20,945 nucleotides of DNA from Methanobacteriaceae archaeon. Its GTDB lineage: Archaea > Methanobacteriota > Methanobacteria > Methanobacteriales > Methanobacteriaceae. The stretch spans positions 1-20,945 of the forward strand of contig PWMT01000091.1 of the NCBI GenBank assembly GCA_003558085.1, in the 5' to 3' direction. Positions 7,308-16,823 of this stretch are shown here, piece after piece. The notes under the pieces are model-generated. The model was not told the origin of the DNA, ran no database searches, and worked only from the letters and a program-made list of their open reading frames with translations. Numbering within the stretch: position 1 is the stretch's first letter; every line of letters starts with the position of its first letter. A program made the translations under genes and the position numbers.

Positions 7308-8783
7308 ATGAAAGTGATTGTTGTAGGATCTGGTTTTGGAGGTTTATCTGCTGCAGCTTTATTTGCTAAAGAAGGACATGAAGTCATGGTATTAGAAAAA
7401 AATGAATCTCCAGGGGGAAGAGCCAGTGTATATAGTGAAAATGGATTTAATTTTGATATGGGTCCCTCTTGGTATTTAATGCCTGATGTTTATGAGGATT
7501 TTTTTGCAGAGTTTGGCAAAAAACCGGAAGATCTTTTTGAATTAAAAAGACTGGATCCTTCTTATCGTGTTTTCTTTGATGATACCAAAGTGGTGGATAT
7601 TGCTTCTGATTTAGAAGAAAATTATCAACTCTTCGATGCCTTTGAAGAAAATGGTGGAGAAAAACTAAAGGAATACTTGGAATCTGCCCAGAAATTGTAT
7701 GAATCTTCAGTAAAAGAAATGTTATATAAAGATTTTCGTTCTATCTTTGATTTTTTAAATGGCAAGCTACTTTTACAGGGAATAAGACTCAATATTTTAG
7801 AAAGCCTAGAACATTTTGTAAATAAACGTTTTGAAAGTGATGAAGCCCGTAAAATCGTGGAGTATTCCATTGGATTTCTAGGAGGATCACCCCAAAACAC
7901 TCCTTCCATGTACCATATCATGTCCCATATTGATCTGACCTTAGGTGTTTTCTATCCAGAAGGAGGTATGAGAAAAGTAATCCATTCCATATATGAATTA
8001 GCTTTAGCTTATGGAGCGGAATTCAAATTCAACGAACCTGTAATTTCTTTTGAAGTGGAAGATAAGCAAATAAAACAGGTAGTTACCCCCTTAGGAGTTT
8101 ATGATGCAGATTTAGTACTGGTGAACGCTGATTACGCTCACAGTGAAATAGATTTATTAGATGATAAATATCAAACTTACAATGAAAAATATTGGGATAA
8201 CAGAATCATGGCTCCCTCAGCTTTTGTAGCTTATGTGGGAGTGGATAAAGTGGTGGATGCTCTAGACCATCATAACCTATTTCTAAAAGAAGATTGGTCC
8301 ACTAAATTTGATCAACTATTCGATCCAGAAAAGATAGCTTGGCCTGATTCTCCCTCTTATTATGTGAATGTACCTTCCCGTACTGATTCAACTGCAGCAC
8401 CTAGTGGAAGCGATACCTTGTTCATTCTAATACCCTTAGCCACGGGACTGGAAGATACTCTAGAAAAAAGAGAAAGATTATATCAGCATGTTATGGATGA
8501 TTTGGAAGATAAAATCGATGAAAATATTAGAGACCACATAGTAGTTAAAAAAATATTTGCCTTAGATGACTTTAAAGAAAGATACAATGCTTATAAAAGC
8601 ACCGCACTGGGAATATCTCACACTCTAAGACAAACTGCCCTCTGGAGACCAGCCCATAAAAGTAAAAAGGTAGATAATTTATATTATTCAGGTCAATACA
8701 CTCATCCTGGAATTGGAGTGCCTATGACCTTGATCTCTTCCCAAATAGTTGCCCGGGAAATTAATGAAGAACTTAATAAATAA
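7308..8783 (+). CDS. crtI: Phytoene desaturase / carotenoid 3,4-desaturase family FAD oxidoreductase (CrtI/CrtD)
   Basis: Rossmann motif VVGSGFGGLSAA..LEKN..PGGRA, FDMGPSWYLMP, YPEGGM, C-terminal THPGIGVPMTLISS; adjacent to crtB. Confidence 0.9.
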   Translation: MKVIVVGSGFGGLSAAALFAKEGHEVMVLEKNESPGGRASVYSENGFNFDMGPSWYLMPDVYEDFFAEFGKKPEDLFELKRLDPSYRVFFDDTKVVDIASDLEENYQLFDAFEENGGEKLKEYLESAQKLYESSVKEMLYKDFRSIFDFLNGKLLLQGIRLNILESLEHFVNKRFESDEARKIVEYSIGFLGGSPQNTPSMYHIMSHIDLTLGVFYPEGGMRKVIHSIYELALAYGAEFKFNEPVISFEVEDKQIKQVVTPLGVYDADLVLVNADYAHSEIDLLDDKYQTYNEKYWDNRIMAPSAFVAYVGVDKVVDALDHHNLFLKEDWSTKFDQLFDPEKIAWPDSPSYYVNVPSRTDSTAAPSGSDTLFILIPLATGLEDTLEKRERLYQHVMDDLEDKIDENIRDHIVVKKIFALDDFKERYNAYKSTALGISHTLRQTALWRPAHKSKKVDNLYYSGQYTHPGIGVPMTLISSQIVAREINEELNK

Positions 8784-8804
8784 ACTGAGGGTGATGAATT
8801 TAAT

Positions 8805-9695
8805 ATGATTGATCAGACTATTCACTCCATATTTAAGAAAGGGAGTAATACTTACTATTATAGTACAATTTTTTTTCCCAAAGAAATAAAAAAAGATGTT
8901 TTCATTTTATATAGTTTTTTAAGAAAAGCAGATGATTATGTAGATGATATACCCCAGGATGTAGAAGGATTCTATGCTTTTAAAGAAAGATACAAAACTG
9001 CGCTGGAAGGAGAAAAGACTAATGATGTAGTGGCTGATTCATTCGCAGATTTAATTCATAGAAAACAAATTGATCAAGCCTGGGTTGATGCATTTTTAAG
9101 ATCTATGGAGATGGATCTTTCCATATCCAATTATGCAACATTTAAAGATCTTAAAACTTATCTCCATGGTTCAGCTGAAGTGGTAGGCTTGTTCATGGCT
9201 AAAATAATGGGTCTTTCTAAGGAATCATATAAAAGTGCACGTTATTTGGGTCGAGCCATGCAGTATATGAATTTCATCCGGGATATTGCTGAAGACTTAG
9301 AGCTGGGGAGAGCATACTTTCCCCAAAAGGAGCTGCGCAAATTTGATTTAGAGGACTTAACTTTAAGAGAAGTAAAAACGAAACCTGATAATTTTAAATC
9401 CTTTATAAGAGATCAGATAGATATCTACCATTCCTGGCAGGCTAAGGCCGAGGAAGGATATTCTTATATTCCTTATCGTTACCTAATACCGATTAAATCT
9501 GCTGCTGATATGTATACTTGGACCGGATCCCAAATATATCAGGATCCCTTCCTAGTTTATAAACGTAAAGTCAAACCTAGAGTATTACGCATCGTTGGTA
9601 CAGTAATATCCAATTCTCTTAAAAGTTATCTAATCGTTAAAAAACTATCCTGTCCCTTCCATGATAGTTCTGATAGAGAAAATTATTCTAGATAA
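8805..9695 (+). CDS. crtB: Phytoene/squalene synthase family protein
   Basis: KGSNTYY, RKADDYVDD, SMEMD, AEVVG and LGRAMQYMNFIRDIAEDLELGRAYFP motifs; GAGGGTGA SD. Confidence 0.9.
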   Translation: MIDQTIHSIFKKGSNTYYYSTIFFPKEIKKDVFILYSFLRKADDYVDDIPQDVEGFYAFKERYKTALEGEKTNDVVADSFADLIHRKQIDQAWVDAFLRSMEMDLSISNYATFKDLKTYLHGSAEVVGLFMAKIMGLSKESYKSARYLGRAMQYMNFIRDIAEDLELGRAYFPQKELRKFDLEDLTLREVKTKPDNFKSFIRDQIDIYHSWQAKAEEGYSYIPYRYLIPIKSAADMYTWTGSQIYQDPFLVYKRKVKPRVLRIVGTVISNSLKSYLIVKKLSCPFHDSSDRENYSR

Positions 9696-9742
9696 TTTTA
9701 TACTATCTCACATACTTAACCATCCATTATGCAAGGAGTTTT

Positions 9743-10591
9743 ATGCTATCCTTTTTATTTAAAATTTCCCGTTTCCGATTTTGGATATATACCGGGGGAA
9801 CCTATGTAGTGGGCTATGCACTGGGAGCAACTCTTTTTTCTGATTTCCTACGCCCGGAATATTATATATATTTAATATACTTCTTTCTACCAGCCAATAT
9901 ATTTATTTACGGTGTTAATGATTACTGGGATCAGGATACCGATGAATTAAACCCTAAAAAAGATGAAAAAGAGCACCGACTAAAAATTAGAGAGAAATCT
10001 AAATTGCTTTACACCATCTATCTTCTAACTGGACTGAGCCTAATATTGATGTTTTTTCAAAATTGGGGTGAGCGTTTAATATTTGCTGGATTTCTATTCC
10101 TATCCTACTTTTACAGTGCACCACCCTTACGTTTTAAAGAAAAACCATTTTTAGATTTCTCTTCTAATCTATTATACATTATGCCAGGATTATTTGCCTA
10201 TTATTTAGTGGCAGGAGTTTTACCTTCAGGGCTAATATTGCTAGGGGCTTATTTTCATATTTCCGCCATGCATATTTTCTCAGCCATACCAGATATAGAA
10301 TATGATAGTAAAAGTGGAATTAGGACCACTCCAGTAGCTATTGGCCAAAAACCAGCTTTAATTTTAACCTTATTTTTCTGGATACTATTATCAGCCATAG
10401 TTATTTATTTGGCCCAGTTCCATATTCTAAGCTTTCTAGTTATTCTTTACCCTCTATTCCCTTTAAGTTTACTTTTATTCCCGAAATTAAATATTGATAA
10501 ACTTTACTGGTATTTACCCTACCTGAACACTGCCTTGGGCGGTCTTCTATTTCTATTTTTAATCAATTATCAAATCTTTAACTGGTTTTAG
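9743..10591 (+). CDS. lyeJ: UbiA-family prenyltransferase, lycopene elongase (LyeJ/CrtEb type)
   Basis: SRFRFWIY, YGVNDYWD..TDELNPKK, YSAPPLRFKEKPFLD..SN and AMHIFSAIPDI..D...GIRT match the lycopene-elongase signature; follows crtB; AGGAG SD. Confidence 0.8.
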   Translation: MLSFLFKISRFRFWIYTGGTYVVGYALGATLFSDFLRPEYYIYLIYFFLPANIFIYGVNDYWDQDTDELNPKKDEKEHRLKIREKSKLLYTIYLLTGLSLILMFFQNWGERLIFAGFLFLSYFYSAPPLRFKEKPFLDFSSNLLYIMPGLFAYYLVAGVLPSGLILLGAYFHISAMHIFSAIPDIEYDSKSGIRTTPVAIGQKPALILTLFFWILLSAIVIYLAQFHILSFLVILYPLFPLSLLLFPKLNIDKLYWYLPYLNTALGGLLFLFLINYQIFNWF

Positions 10592-10600
10592 TTTAGGTTG

Positions 10601-10700
10601 AATAGAATATTTTCTTAGGGTTTGGAGAGAAATAGATTTTATTTTTTTGGTTTATTAAAATAGATGTTTTCTTTTCATGGTTAATAATAGATTTTAATTT
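10601..10700 (+). repeat. Four degenerate ~27-30-nt tandem units (AATAGA-T-tract-GGTT) between convergent genes
   Basis: AATAGA at 10601, 10631, 10659 and 10686, each followed by a T-rich run and preceded by GGTT. Confidence 0.55.
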
Positions 10701-11454
10701 AAACCTCAAAATTACCGACCCTACCTCGGGTAGACCATATAATAAAAATTATCAGGCTCACTCCTATTAAGCAGGGTATATATAACTGCAGATAAAAGTT
10801 CACCGCACTCCAAAAAACCATAATCAATAATAAACTAGAAGATAAAGCTTCTGGTTTCACCTCTCTTATTTTTGAAGTAGTAATACTCACCCCCAGGAGT
10901 GAGGCTATAAATCCAGAGACCACCCATCCTAGAAAATTCATTAAAGGTACTCCATAAAAAATTCCTGGTTCTTTCCACACCCAAAGCTGGAGAGCTACAG
11001 CTGCAGGATCTAAAACCAAGTCACTTATCACCAGTAAAAAAGTGGATAATATTATAATTGACCATAAGCCAGCTTTATTAATTTTAATTTCACTGGCCAA
11101 ATATAGACAACCAATAAAAATAGGAATCCAAGCAAAGGGAAGCATAATCGGAGTTGTTCCCCATAATTTAGGACCAATCAAACCAGTATAATAAAATTCT
11201 GAATAAGGAATCCCAGTATAAATAGCCAGTGTTTCTATAATCAAAGCATAAATACTCAAGCTAATAAGCAGAACTAAACCTTTCCTCCAACCTAACCATA
11301 ATAGCACTGCTATAAAGGAAGGCAGAGCTAAAAATAGAATAAAAAATAGGGATATGATAGCATTTTCTGGACCTATCTCCACATTAGTAACAAAAAAAGC
11401 TGCAATCAAAAGAGAAAAACTGATAATATAAATAAATTTAGAATAATCCTTCAA
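10699..11454 (-). CDS. cruF: Carotenoid 1,2-hydratase (CruF / bisanhydrobacterioruberin hydratase family)
   Basis: Membrane protein with IE.LAI.TGIPY..F.Y...GPKL, LPFAW, DLVLDPAAV and W.W...G.FYGVPL.NFLGW. TTG start with an AGGAG SD inside the end of the upstream gene. Confidence 0.82.
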   Translation of the reverse strand: MKDYSKFIYIISFSLLIAAFFVTNVEIGPENAIISLFFILFLALPSFIAVLLWLGWRKGLVLLISLSIYALIIETLAIYTGIPYSEFYYTGLIGPKLWGTTPIMLPFAWIPIFIGCLYLASEIKINKAGLWSIIILSTFLLVISDLVLDPAAVALQLWVWKEPGIFYGVPLMNFLGWVVSGFIASLLGVSITTSKIREVKPEALSSSLLLIMVFWSAVNFYLQLYIPCLIGVSLIIFIIWSTRGRVGNFEV

Positions 11455-11459
11455 AATAA

Positions 11460-12302
11460 CTACTCCTTTTGAGGTTTATCTATTAAACAGTATATATCAT
11501 TTCTTCTATTTTTAAGAAGAGGTAATTCAGTTCGAATTTTCTCTTCATCTTCCAAATTCAAGTCAACATATAATATTTCTTCTTTAACTCCTGCTTCTAC
11601 TATAACATCCCCCCAGGGATTAGATACTAGAGAATGCCCATAAGCCACATAAGAAGCTTCATGATCACGGGCAGGTGATGCAGCAGCTACGAAAACCTGG
11701 TTATCTATGGCTCTAGTTCTAAGCAGGGTTTTCCAGTGGACTGGGCCGGTAGTCAAATTAAAGGCACCAGGATAAACCAATAAGCAGGCGCCTTTTAGGG
11801 TCATTAGGCGGGCTAACTCAGGAAAACGAAGATCATAACAAATAGCAATACCTATTTTTCCTAAATCAGTGTCAATGACAGTTACTTTATTACCAGCACT
11901 GAGAACATCAGATTCTTTAAAATAAATTTCACCAGGCACATCTATGTCAAATAGATGCATTTTTCGATGGAAACCTAATATTTTACCTTTATCATCGAAA
12001 AAAAAGCTAGTATTATATATTTTCCCCTTACTAATTTCAGGAATAGATCCAGCCACACAGTGCACTTTATTATTCCGGCAAATAGAGGCCAAGGATTTTA
12101 AGGTAAGACTGTCATCTTTTAGCTCAGCATACTGGGAAAATTTAGCAGTCTCATAGGGACAGTTGAACATTTCTGGTAAGATAACTAGATCAGCACCTTT
12201 TCTACTAGCAGCAGATATCATTCTTTTTGCTTGCTCAATATTAGCTGATTTATCATCCACCACTTTCATTTGTAATAGTGCTAATTTGATTTCTAAAACC
12301 AT
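11460..12302 (-). CDS. Carbon-nitrogen hydrolase (nitrilase superfamily, Nit1/Nit2 omega-amidase-like)
   Basis: Catalytic triad E (LPEMF), K (HRKMHLFD), C (ICYDLRFPE); PGAFN.TTGP.HW, RAIDNQ and GHS....PWG. Confidence 0.9.
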   Translation of the reverse strand: MVLEIKLALLQMKVVDDKSANIEQAKRMISAASRKGADLVILPEMFNCPYETAKFSQYAELKDDSLTLKSLASICRNNKVHCVAGSIPEISKGKIYNTSFFFDDKGKILGFHRKMHLFDIDVPGEIYFKESDVLSAGNKVTVIDTDLGKIGIAICYDLRFPELARLMTLKGACLLVYPGAFNLTTGPVHWKTLLRTRAIDNQVFVAAASPARDHEASYVAYGHSLVSNPWGDVIVEAGVKEEILYVDLNLEDEEKIRTELPLLKNRRNDIYCLIDKPQKE

Positions 12303-12398
12303 AATCTGACCTCTAGAATATTTATATTATTTATTGGTTGAGATAATTCTAGATTATTATATTTGGAGCTTTAGTTAGTAATAAAGATTTAAATCAAA

Positions 12399-13529
12399 TT
12401 AGGGACCAAAATGTCCTCTCTCAGTTTGAACGATCACTGTTTTCAGGCCTAATTCATTGAACATATTTTTAATTTCAACCATTTCCTGCCAATTCGGCTT
12501 TATAAGTTCATTTCTTCTAAATTCAGGCCTGTAATCTAGAATACAAACCTGAATTTTAGGATCCCAGGCTTTAATCTTTTCTCCCATTTTCATTAATTCT
12601 GATTTGGAGATTAATTGCTTATTATAGGGTATTCCAATTCCAAGAAATATAGATGGTTTTTCAGGATACCTGTTAGTAGATTTTAGTTGGAAATCATTTA
12701 ATTCATTATCTGATTCAGTTTTAATCACGTGATCCATATTATAATGTTCAATCAGATATTTTACCGAATTCCAGGAATTTTTAAGGTATTGGTTTGCTAA
12801 ATCGTAATCTTCCATTCCAGTGATTAATTGAAATGTGGAAACTTCCCAGCCCTTTAAATCTATACCTATATAATTCATACCTGCTTTTACTAGCTGATCT
12901 AAGTAGTGGGGGGTTAAAATGGTTCCATTAGTATCCACATGAATGTTAAGATTATTTTTATTTTTTTTAATAGACTCTATGGTTTTCAGTAGCCAGGGCC
13001 TATTTAAAGTGCTTTCTCCTCCCGAGAAAGTTATGGTATCAACTTCATGTACTTCTTTTAGACCCCATAGAATCTGAGCTGTTTCTTGCGGATCTAATAA
13101 ACTTCCTAAATCTGTAAAAGCGATCTTATAATTCTGGCACTGGGGACAGCGAAGATTACATCCATGTGTGAAGACTACCACTTCTATTGGTTTCGTTTGT
13201 ATCTTTAAAAAATAAGGAGTTCCTACCCCACCCACATAATGTGCTCCGAAGCCACTTACTACTCTTAAAACCTGCTTAGAACTATATTTAAGAGTTTCAA
13301 TATACATATCTTTTTTTAAAGGCGTAATGCAAGCTAAAGATGTTTTTCCATTTATTTTAACTGTACAGGCCCAACATCCTCCACAATTACAGGGCATGAA
13401 AATAGAGTCTCTTTTATCAACATCGCCATCAGTTAATAATTTATTGATCTTAATTCCTGCAGATATAAGGGCATCCTTAACCATACCTTTGGATTCTATT
13501 TCACGGCCGTTGACCTTTACTTTGAACAA
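12399..13529 (-). CDS. Radical SAM protein (PFL-activase-like) with N-terminal [2Fe-2S] ferredoxin-like domain
   Basis: CNLRCPQC, FSGGE, DTNG and IDLKG motifs; N-terminal PCNCGGCWACTV..NG....ACITP; TTG start behind an AGGTGA SD. Confidence 0.85.
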   Translation of the reverse strand: MFKVKVNGREIESKGMVKDALISAGIKINKLLTDGDVDKRDSIFMPCNCGGCWACTVKINGKTSLACITPLKKDMYIETLKYSSKQVLRVVSGFGAHYVGGVGTPYFLKIQTKPIEVVVFTHGCNLRCPQCQNYKIAFTDLGSLLDPQETAQILWGLKEVHEVDTITFSGGESTLNRPWLLKTIESIKKNKNNLNIHVDTNGTILTPHYLDQLVKAGMNYIGIDLKGWEVSTFQLITGMEDYDLANQYLKNSWNSVKYLIEHYNMDHVIKTESDNELNDFQLKSTNRYPEKPSIFLGIGIPYNKQLISKSELMKMGEKIKAWDPKIQVCILDYRPEFRRNELIKPNWQEMVEIKNMFNELGLKTVIVQTERGHFGP

Positions 13530-13751
13530 TTCATTTCACCTAATTTAATATTATATATTTTTTAATATAAAATATCTATTTATTATAAAAATTAGCTTTT
13601 AGGAAAGAGTTAGGGTAATTTATCCATTTATTAGCCTATAATCATAGTCCACCATAGATAGTTCTATAAACTTAAAACTATATAGTATGTTAAATAAAAT
13701 TTCGATTCAGTTGATACTTAAAAATAAGATAATTCTTATAAGGAAGATTAT

Positions 13752-14606
13752 ATGCCTACGCCAGAACATGAAATAAACTCCATAGAAAAATTATTATCCT
13801 CGAATCAGTACTTACCAGACCATAATATTTCCCTAACAGTCTTTTTAGCTTTAAAACTCCAAAAACCAATATTGGTTGAAGGCCCTCCTGGAACTGGAAA
13901 AACGGAATTATCTAAAGCGGTTTCCCGGGCGTTGGATAGGGATTTTTTCCGCATTCAATGTTATGAGGGTATAACCTTTGAACAGATCGTAGGGGAATGG
14001 AATTATCAAAAACAGTTACTTTATCTAGAGATGTCTCGATTGCAGGAATTGGATGAAGATGTATTCCAGAACCAATTCTTTATAAAAAGACCTCTGCTTT
14101 CTGCTTTTATCAATAAGAAGCCTTCAGTATTACTTATTGATGAGATAGATAAAGCTGATGAAGAAGTTGAAAGTTTTCTATTACAAGCTCTAGGCGAAAA
14201 ACAGATTACAGTAAATGACTTGGGAACTTTTGAGTTAGAGAATGATTTGATAGTATTTTTAACTTCTAATTCTCAAAGAAACTTGTTGGAAGAAACCAAG
14301 GATCGTTGCTTATATTTGTATATTGACTACCCTTCCCTGGAAAGGGAAATTGAAATTGTCACTGCTTTATTACCAGAGGCACCTTCAAATCTGGTGGAGG
14401 GTGTGGTGCAGATGATTCAAAAAATAAGAAATTTGACCTTGATCAAAAAACCCTCTATTAGAGCCACGGTGGATTGGGTTAAAACTATACTAGCTTTAGG
14501 TTATAGCCAATTGGATGAGGAAACCTTTCAGGATACAGTAGGGGTAGCACTTAAAAATCAGGACGATAAAGAAAAAGTGAAAAACCAATTTTTTAATAGT
14601 AAATAA
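13752..14606 (+). CDS. MoxR-family AAA+ ATPase (CoxD-like)
   Basis: Walker [24 protein letters not shown], Walker [12 protein letters not shown] and PSIRATVDW. Confidence 0.9.
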   Translation: MPTPEHEINSIEKLLSSNQYLPDHNISLTVFLALKLQKPILVEGPPGTGKTELSKAVSRALDRDFFRIQCYEGITFEQIVGEWNYQKQLLYLEMSRLQELDEDVFQNQFFIKRPLLSAFINKKPSVLLIDEIDKADEEVESFLLQALGEKQITVNDLGTFELENDLIVFLTSNSQRNLLEETKDRCLYLYIDYPSLEREIEIVTALLPEAPSNLVEGVVQMIQKIRNLTLIKKPSIRATVDWVKTILALGYSQLDEETFQDTVGVALKNQDDKEKVKNQFFNSK

Positions 14607-14627
14607 TTCTTTTATAAGGATGTTAAA

Positions 14628-15812
14628 TTGAAAATGGAAATGAAGGATATGGCTCTTCTTTCAGCTAACCTTCGAGCCAAGGGCATACCTGCCAGTGTTA
14701 GAAGTACAAAAACAGCTTTTTCAGCTGCTAAACTTTTTAATCAAATATCTTCTAAGGATAATTATCCTTACCTAAAAGATGCTCTAGCAGCTATCTATGC
14801 TAAAAATAAAGATCAAAGGGAAGAATTTGAGCAAGTTTTTCAGGAAACTTTCCCTGAGTATCAACCAGCAGCACAAGTTATGGAAAACATCTCCGATACT
14901 CGTAAAGAACATGGAAAGAACCAGGATAAATCCTCTCATCTTAAATTGAAACAGAATTCTTTCACATTTAAAAAGGATTCTAAGGATAAGCAAATAAAAA
15001 TGATTGAAGATGATATTAATTTTAAACCACCTATAGATGATTATCCGGGTCTGGACTTGAGAGAAAATTCTTTAATGGAGCTAGATATAAATCATCTGGA
15101 TTTTTATGAAGTGGAACTATTTGAACTATGCCAAAAATTAGGTCGTAAAATTGCTAACCATAGGGCTCGCAGATATAAACAGGCTAAAATTAATCGAATT
15201 GACATTAGAAAGAGTATTCGTAAAAATCTTAAGTATGGTGGTGCCTTAATTGAACTGGAGAAAAGCAAACCTAATTTAAAAAAAAATAGGCACTTTTTTT
15301 TAAGTGATGTTAGCGGATCCTGTGATTGGGTAAGCAACTGGTTTTTTTGTATATTATTTTCGGCCCAGAAATCATTTAAACAATCACGTTTTTTTGATTT
15401 TGATAATAAAGCGGTAGAAACGACTGTGGCATTATCAGAGAACAATCTTATGGATGCTTTTACCCGGGTTAGAGATATACGCCAAAAAAATATTATGATA
15501 CATGGAACTTCAAACATGTATACTGCCTTTTACAGCTTTATAGAACAGACTCAACTAAATCACAAGTCAGTAGTATTGATATTAAGTGATTGTCGTGATT
15601 GGGCCGGACCTAAAGATAATGGTAGGCCTTCAAGTTCAAAATTAATAGAAGAGATGTGCCAACTTTCTAAAAAAGTGATGATTCTAAATCCCGAGCCAGA
15701 AATTAAATGGAATGTGGTGGATAGTTGTGTGAGTGATTATGAAAATGCAGGGGCTCAAATAAAAGAGGTTAGAAATCTCAAACAACTAGCCCGACTAGTA
15801 GAATACATTTAA
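14628..15812 (+). CDS. VWA-domain protein (CoxE-like partner of MoxR)
   Basis: MIDAS motif DVSGS...GTS...LSD, ID.RKSIR.NL..GG and LNPEP...W...DS; 21 nt downstream of the ATPase. Confidence 0.85.
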   Translation: MKMEMKDMALLSANLRAKGIPASVRSTKTAFSAAKLFNQISSKDNYPYLKDALAAIYAKNKDQREEFEQVFQETFPEYQPAAQVMENISDTRKEHGKNQDKSSHLKLKQNSFTFKKDSKDKQIKMIEDDINFKPPIDDYPGLDLRENSLMELDINHLDFYEVELFELCQKLGRKIANHRARRYKQAKINRIDIRKSIRKNLKYGGALIELEKSKPNLKKNRHFFLSDVSGSCDWVSNWFFCILFSAQKSFKQSRFFDFDNKAVETTVALSENNLMDAFTRVRDIRQKNIMIHGTSNMYTAFYSFIEQTQLNHKSVVLILSDCRDWAGPKDNGRPSSSKLIEEMCQLSKKVMILNPEPEIKWNVVDSCVSDYENAGAQIKEVRNLKQLARLVEYI

Positions 15813-15830
15813 AATCTTTTAATTCATTAA

Positions 15831-16580
15831 TTAAAATAAATCTAGGGTTATCTTTTTTTCATTTTTTAATTCATTAGGCGGTTCCAAGGATTTAAATTCT
15901 AAATTATTTTCTTCTAATAATTCCAATGCATCTTCAGTTATGGATGGAGCCACCAAAATACCTCTTACTTCTTTTTTATCATCTTTAAAATCATTTAAAT
16001 ATCTTTTAAGCTGTTTAACTGCATTAGTCCCTGCTTTTCTACTTTTCAATTCAAGTATCATTAGCTGCCCCTTACTATCCTTTCCCAATATATCAATAAA
16101 ACCCTTTGAAGTGGAATATTCTCGGACGGTGGGTCTAAAACCTTTTTCAATTAATTCAGGATGTTTCCAGATTAGTTCACCCATATCTTTTTCATGTCCG
16201 CATACTTCTAGTTCCTGTGCATCCTGACACTGATAATAGGAGACTAGATGCACTTCTTTTAACTCCACTTTTAAGTGTTCCTGTGGTATTCTACGCACAC
16301 TTTCTAAAAAAACCACACCATTTTTCATGGATACTTTAGAACGTGATTTAGGAGGCTGCCAATTAACCGGATCTAATTTTCTATCCTGGTGTATTAAGAA
16401 GGAACCATCTGGTTTGATCAATATCATTCGCTCCCCAAATCCTAATCTACTGCGAGCTCGGCCTTCATAGGTGGCTTGACAGCAAGCTAACAATATTATT
16501 AGTGCTCTTTTACGAATTCCAGTATCAATAATTTTAAAACAATCTGTTGGAGAAGGAGATTCTAGGGAAATAAATTTCAT
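15831..16580 (-). CDS. nucS: Mismatch-specific endonuclease NucS/EndoMS
   Basis: [24 protein letters not shown], RecB-like IDILG..ELK and [16 protein letters not shown]-box-like C-terminus KITLDLF. Confidence 0.95.
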   Translation of the reverse strand: MKFISLESPSPTDCFKIIDTGIRKRALIILLACCQATYEGRARSRLGFGERMILIKPDGSFLIHQDRKLDPVNWQPPKSRSKVSMKNGVVFLESVRRIPQEHLKVELKEVHLVSYYQCQDAQELEVCGHEKDMGELIWKHPELIEKGFRPTVREYSTSKGFIDILGKDSKGQLMILELKSRKAGTNAVKQLKRYLNDFKDDKKEVRGILVAPSITEDALELLEENNLEFKSLEPPNELKNEKKITLDLF

Positions 16581-16823
16581 AGAATTAATTAATTATTGGA
16601 TATAGATAACCATTTCGAATAATCTCCAGCTCTAAGTATTAATAATCACATCTTTTATTGATAAGCATTTAGAAAGGCCTGCTCTATTTATGTACTAGAT
16701 AGTCTAATATTATTTTTTAAGCTCTTCTTTAAATAAAAAAATATTAAATAAGAATAGAAAATTTCACTATAAGAATCATTAATAAAGTAGAATATTTAAA
16801 TTTAAGCATGAGTAGTTGATTTA

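Noticed and set aside
12301-12357. TCTAGAAT/ATTCTAGA inverted pair upstream of the amidase
   Set aside because: 8-bp AT-rich arms that are themselves partly palindromic; too weak without conservation data.
14784-16227. Antisense ORFs 14784-14993, 15104-15517 and 15940-16227
   Set aside because: Shadows of the VWA and nucS genes.
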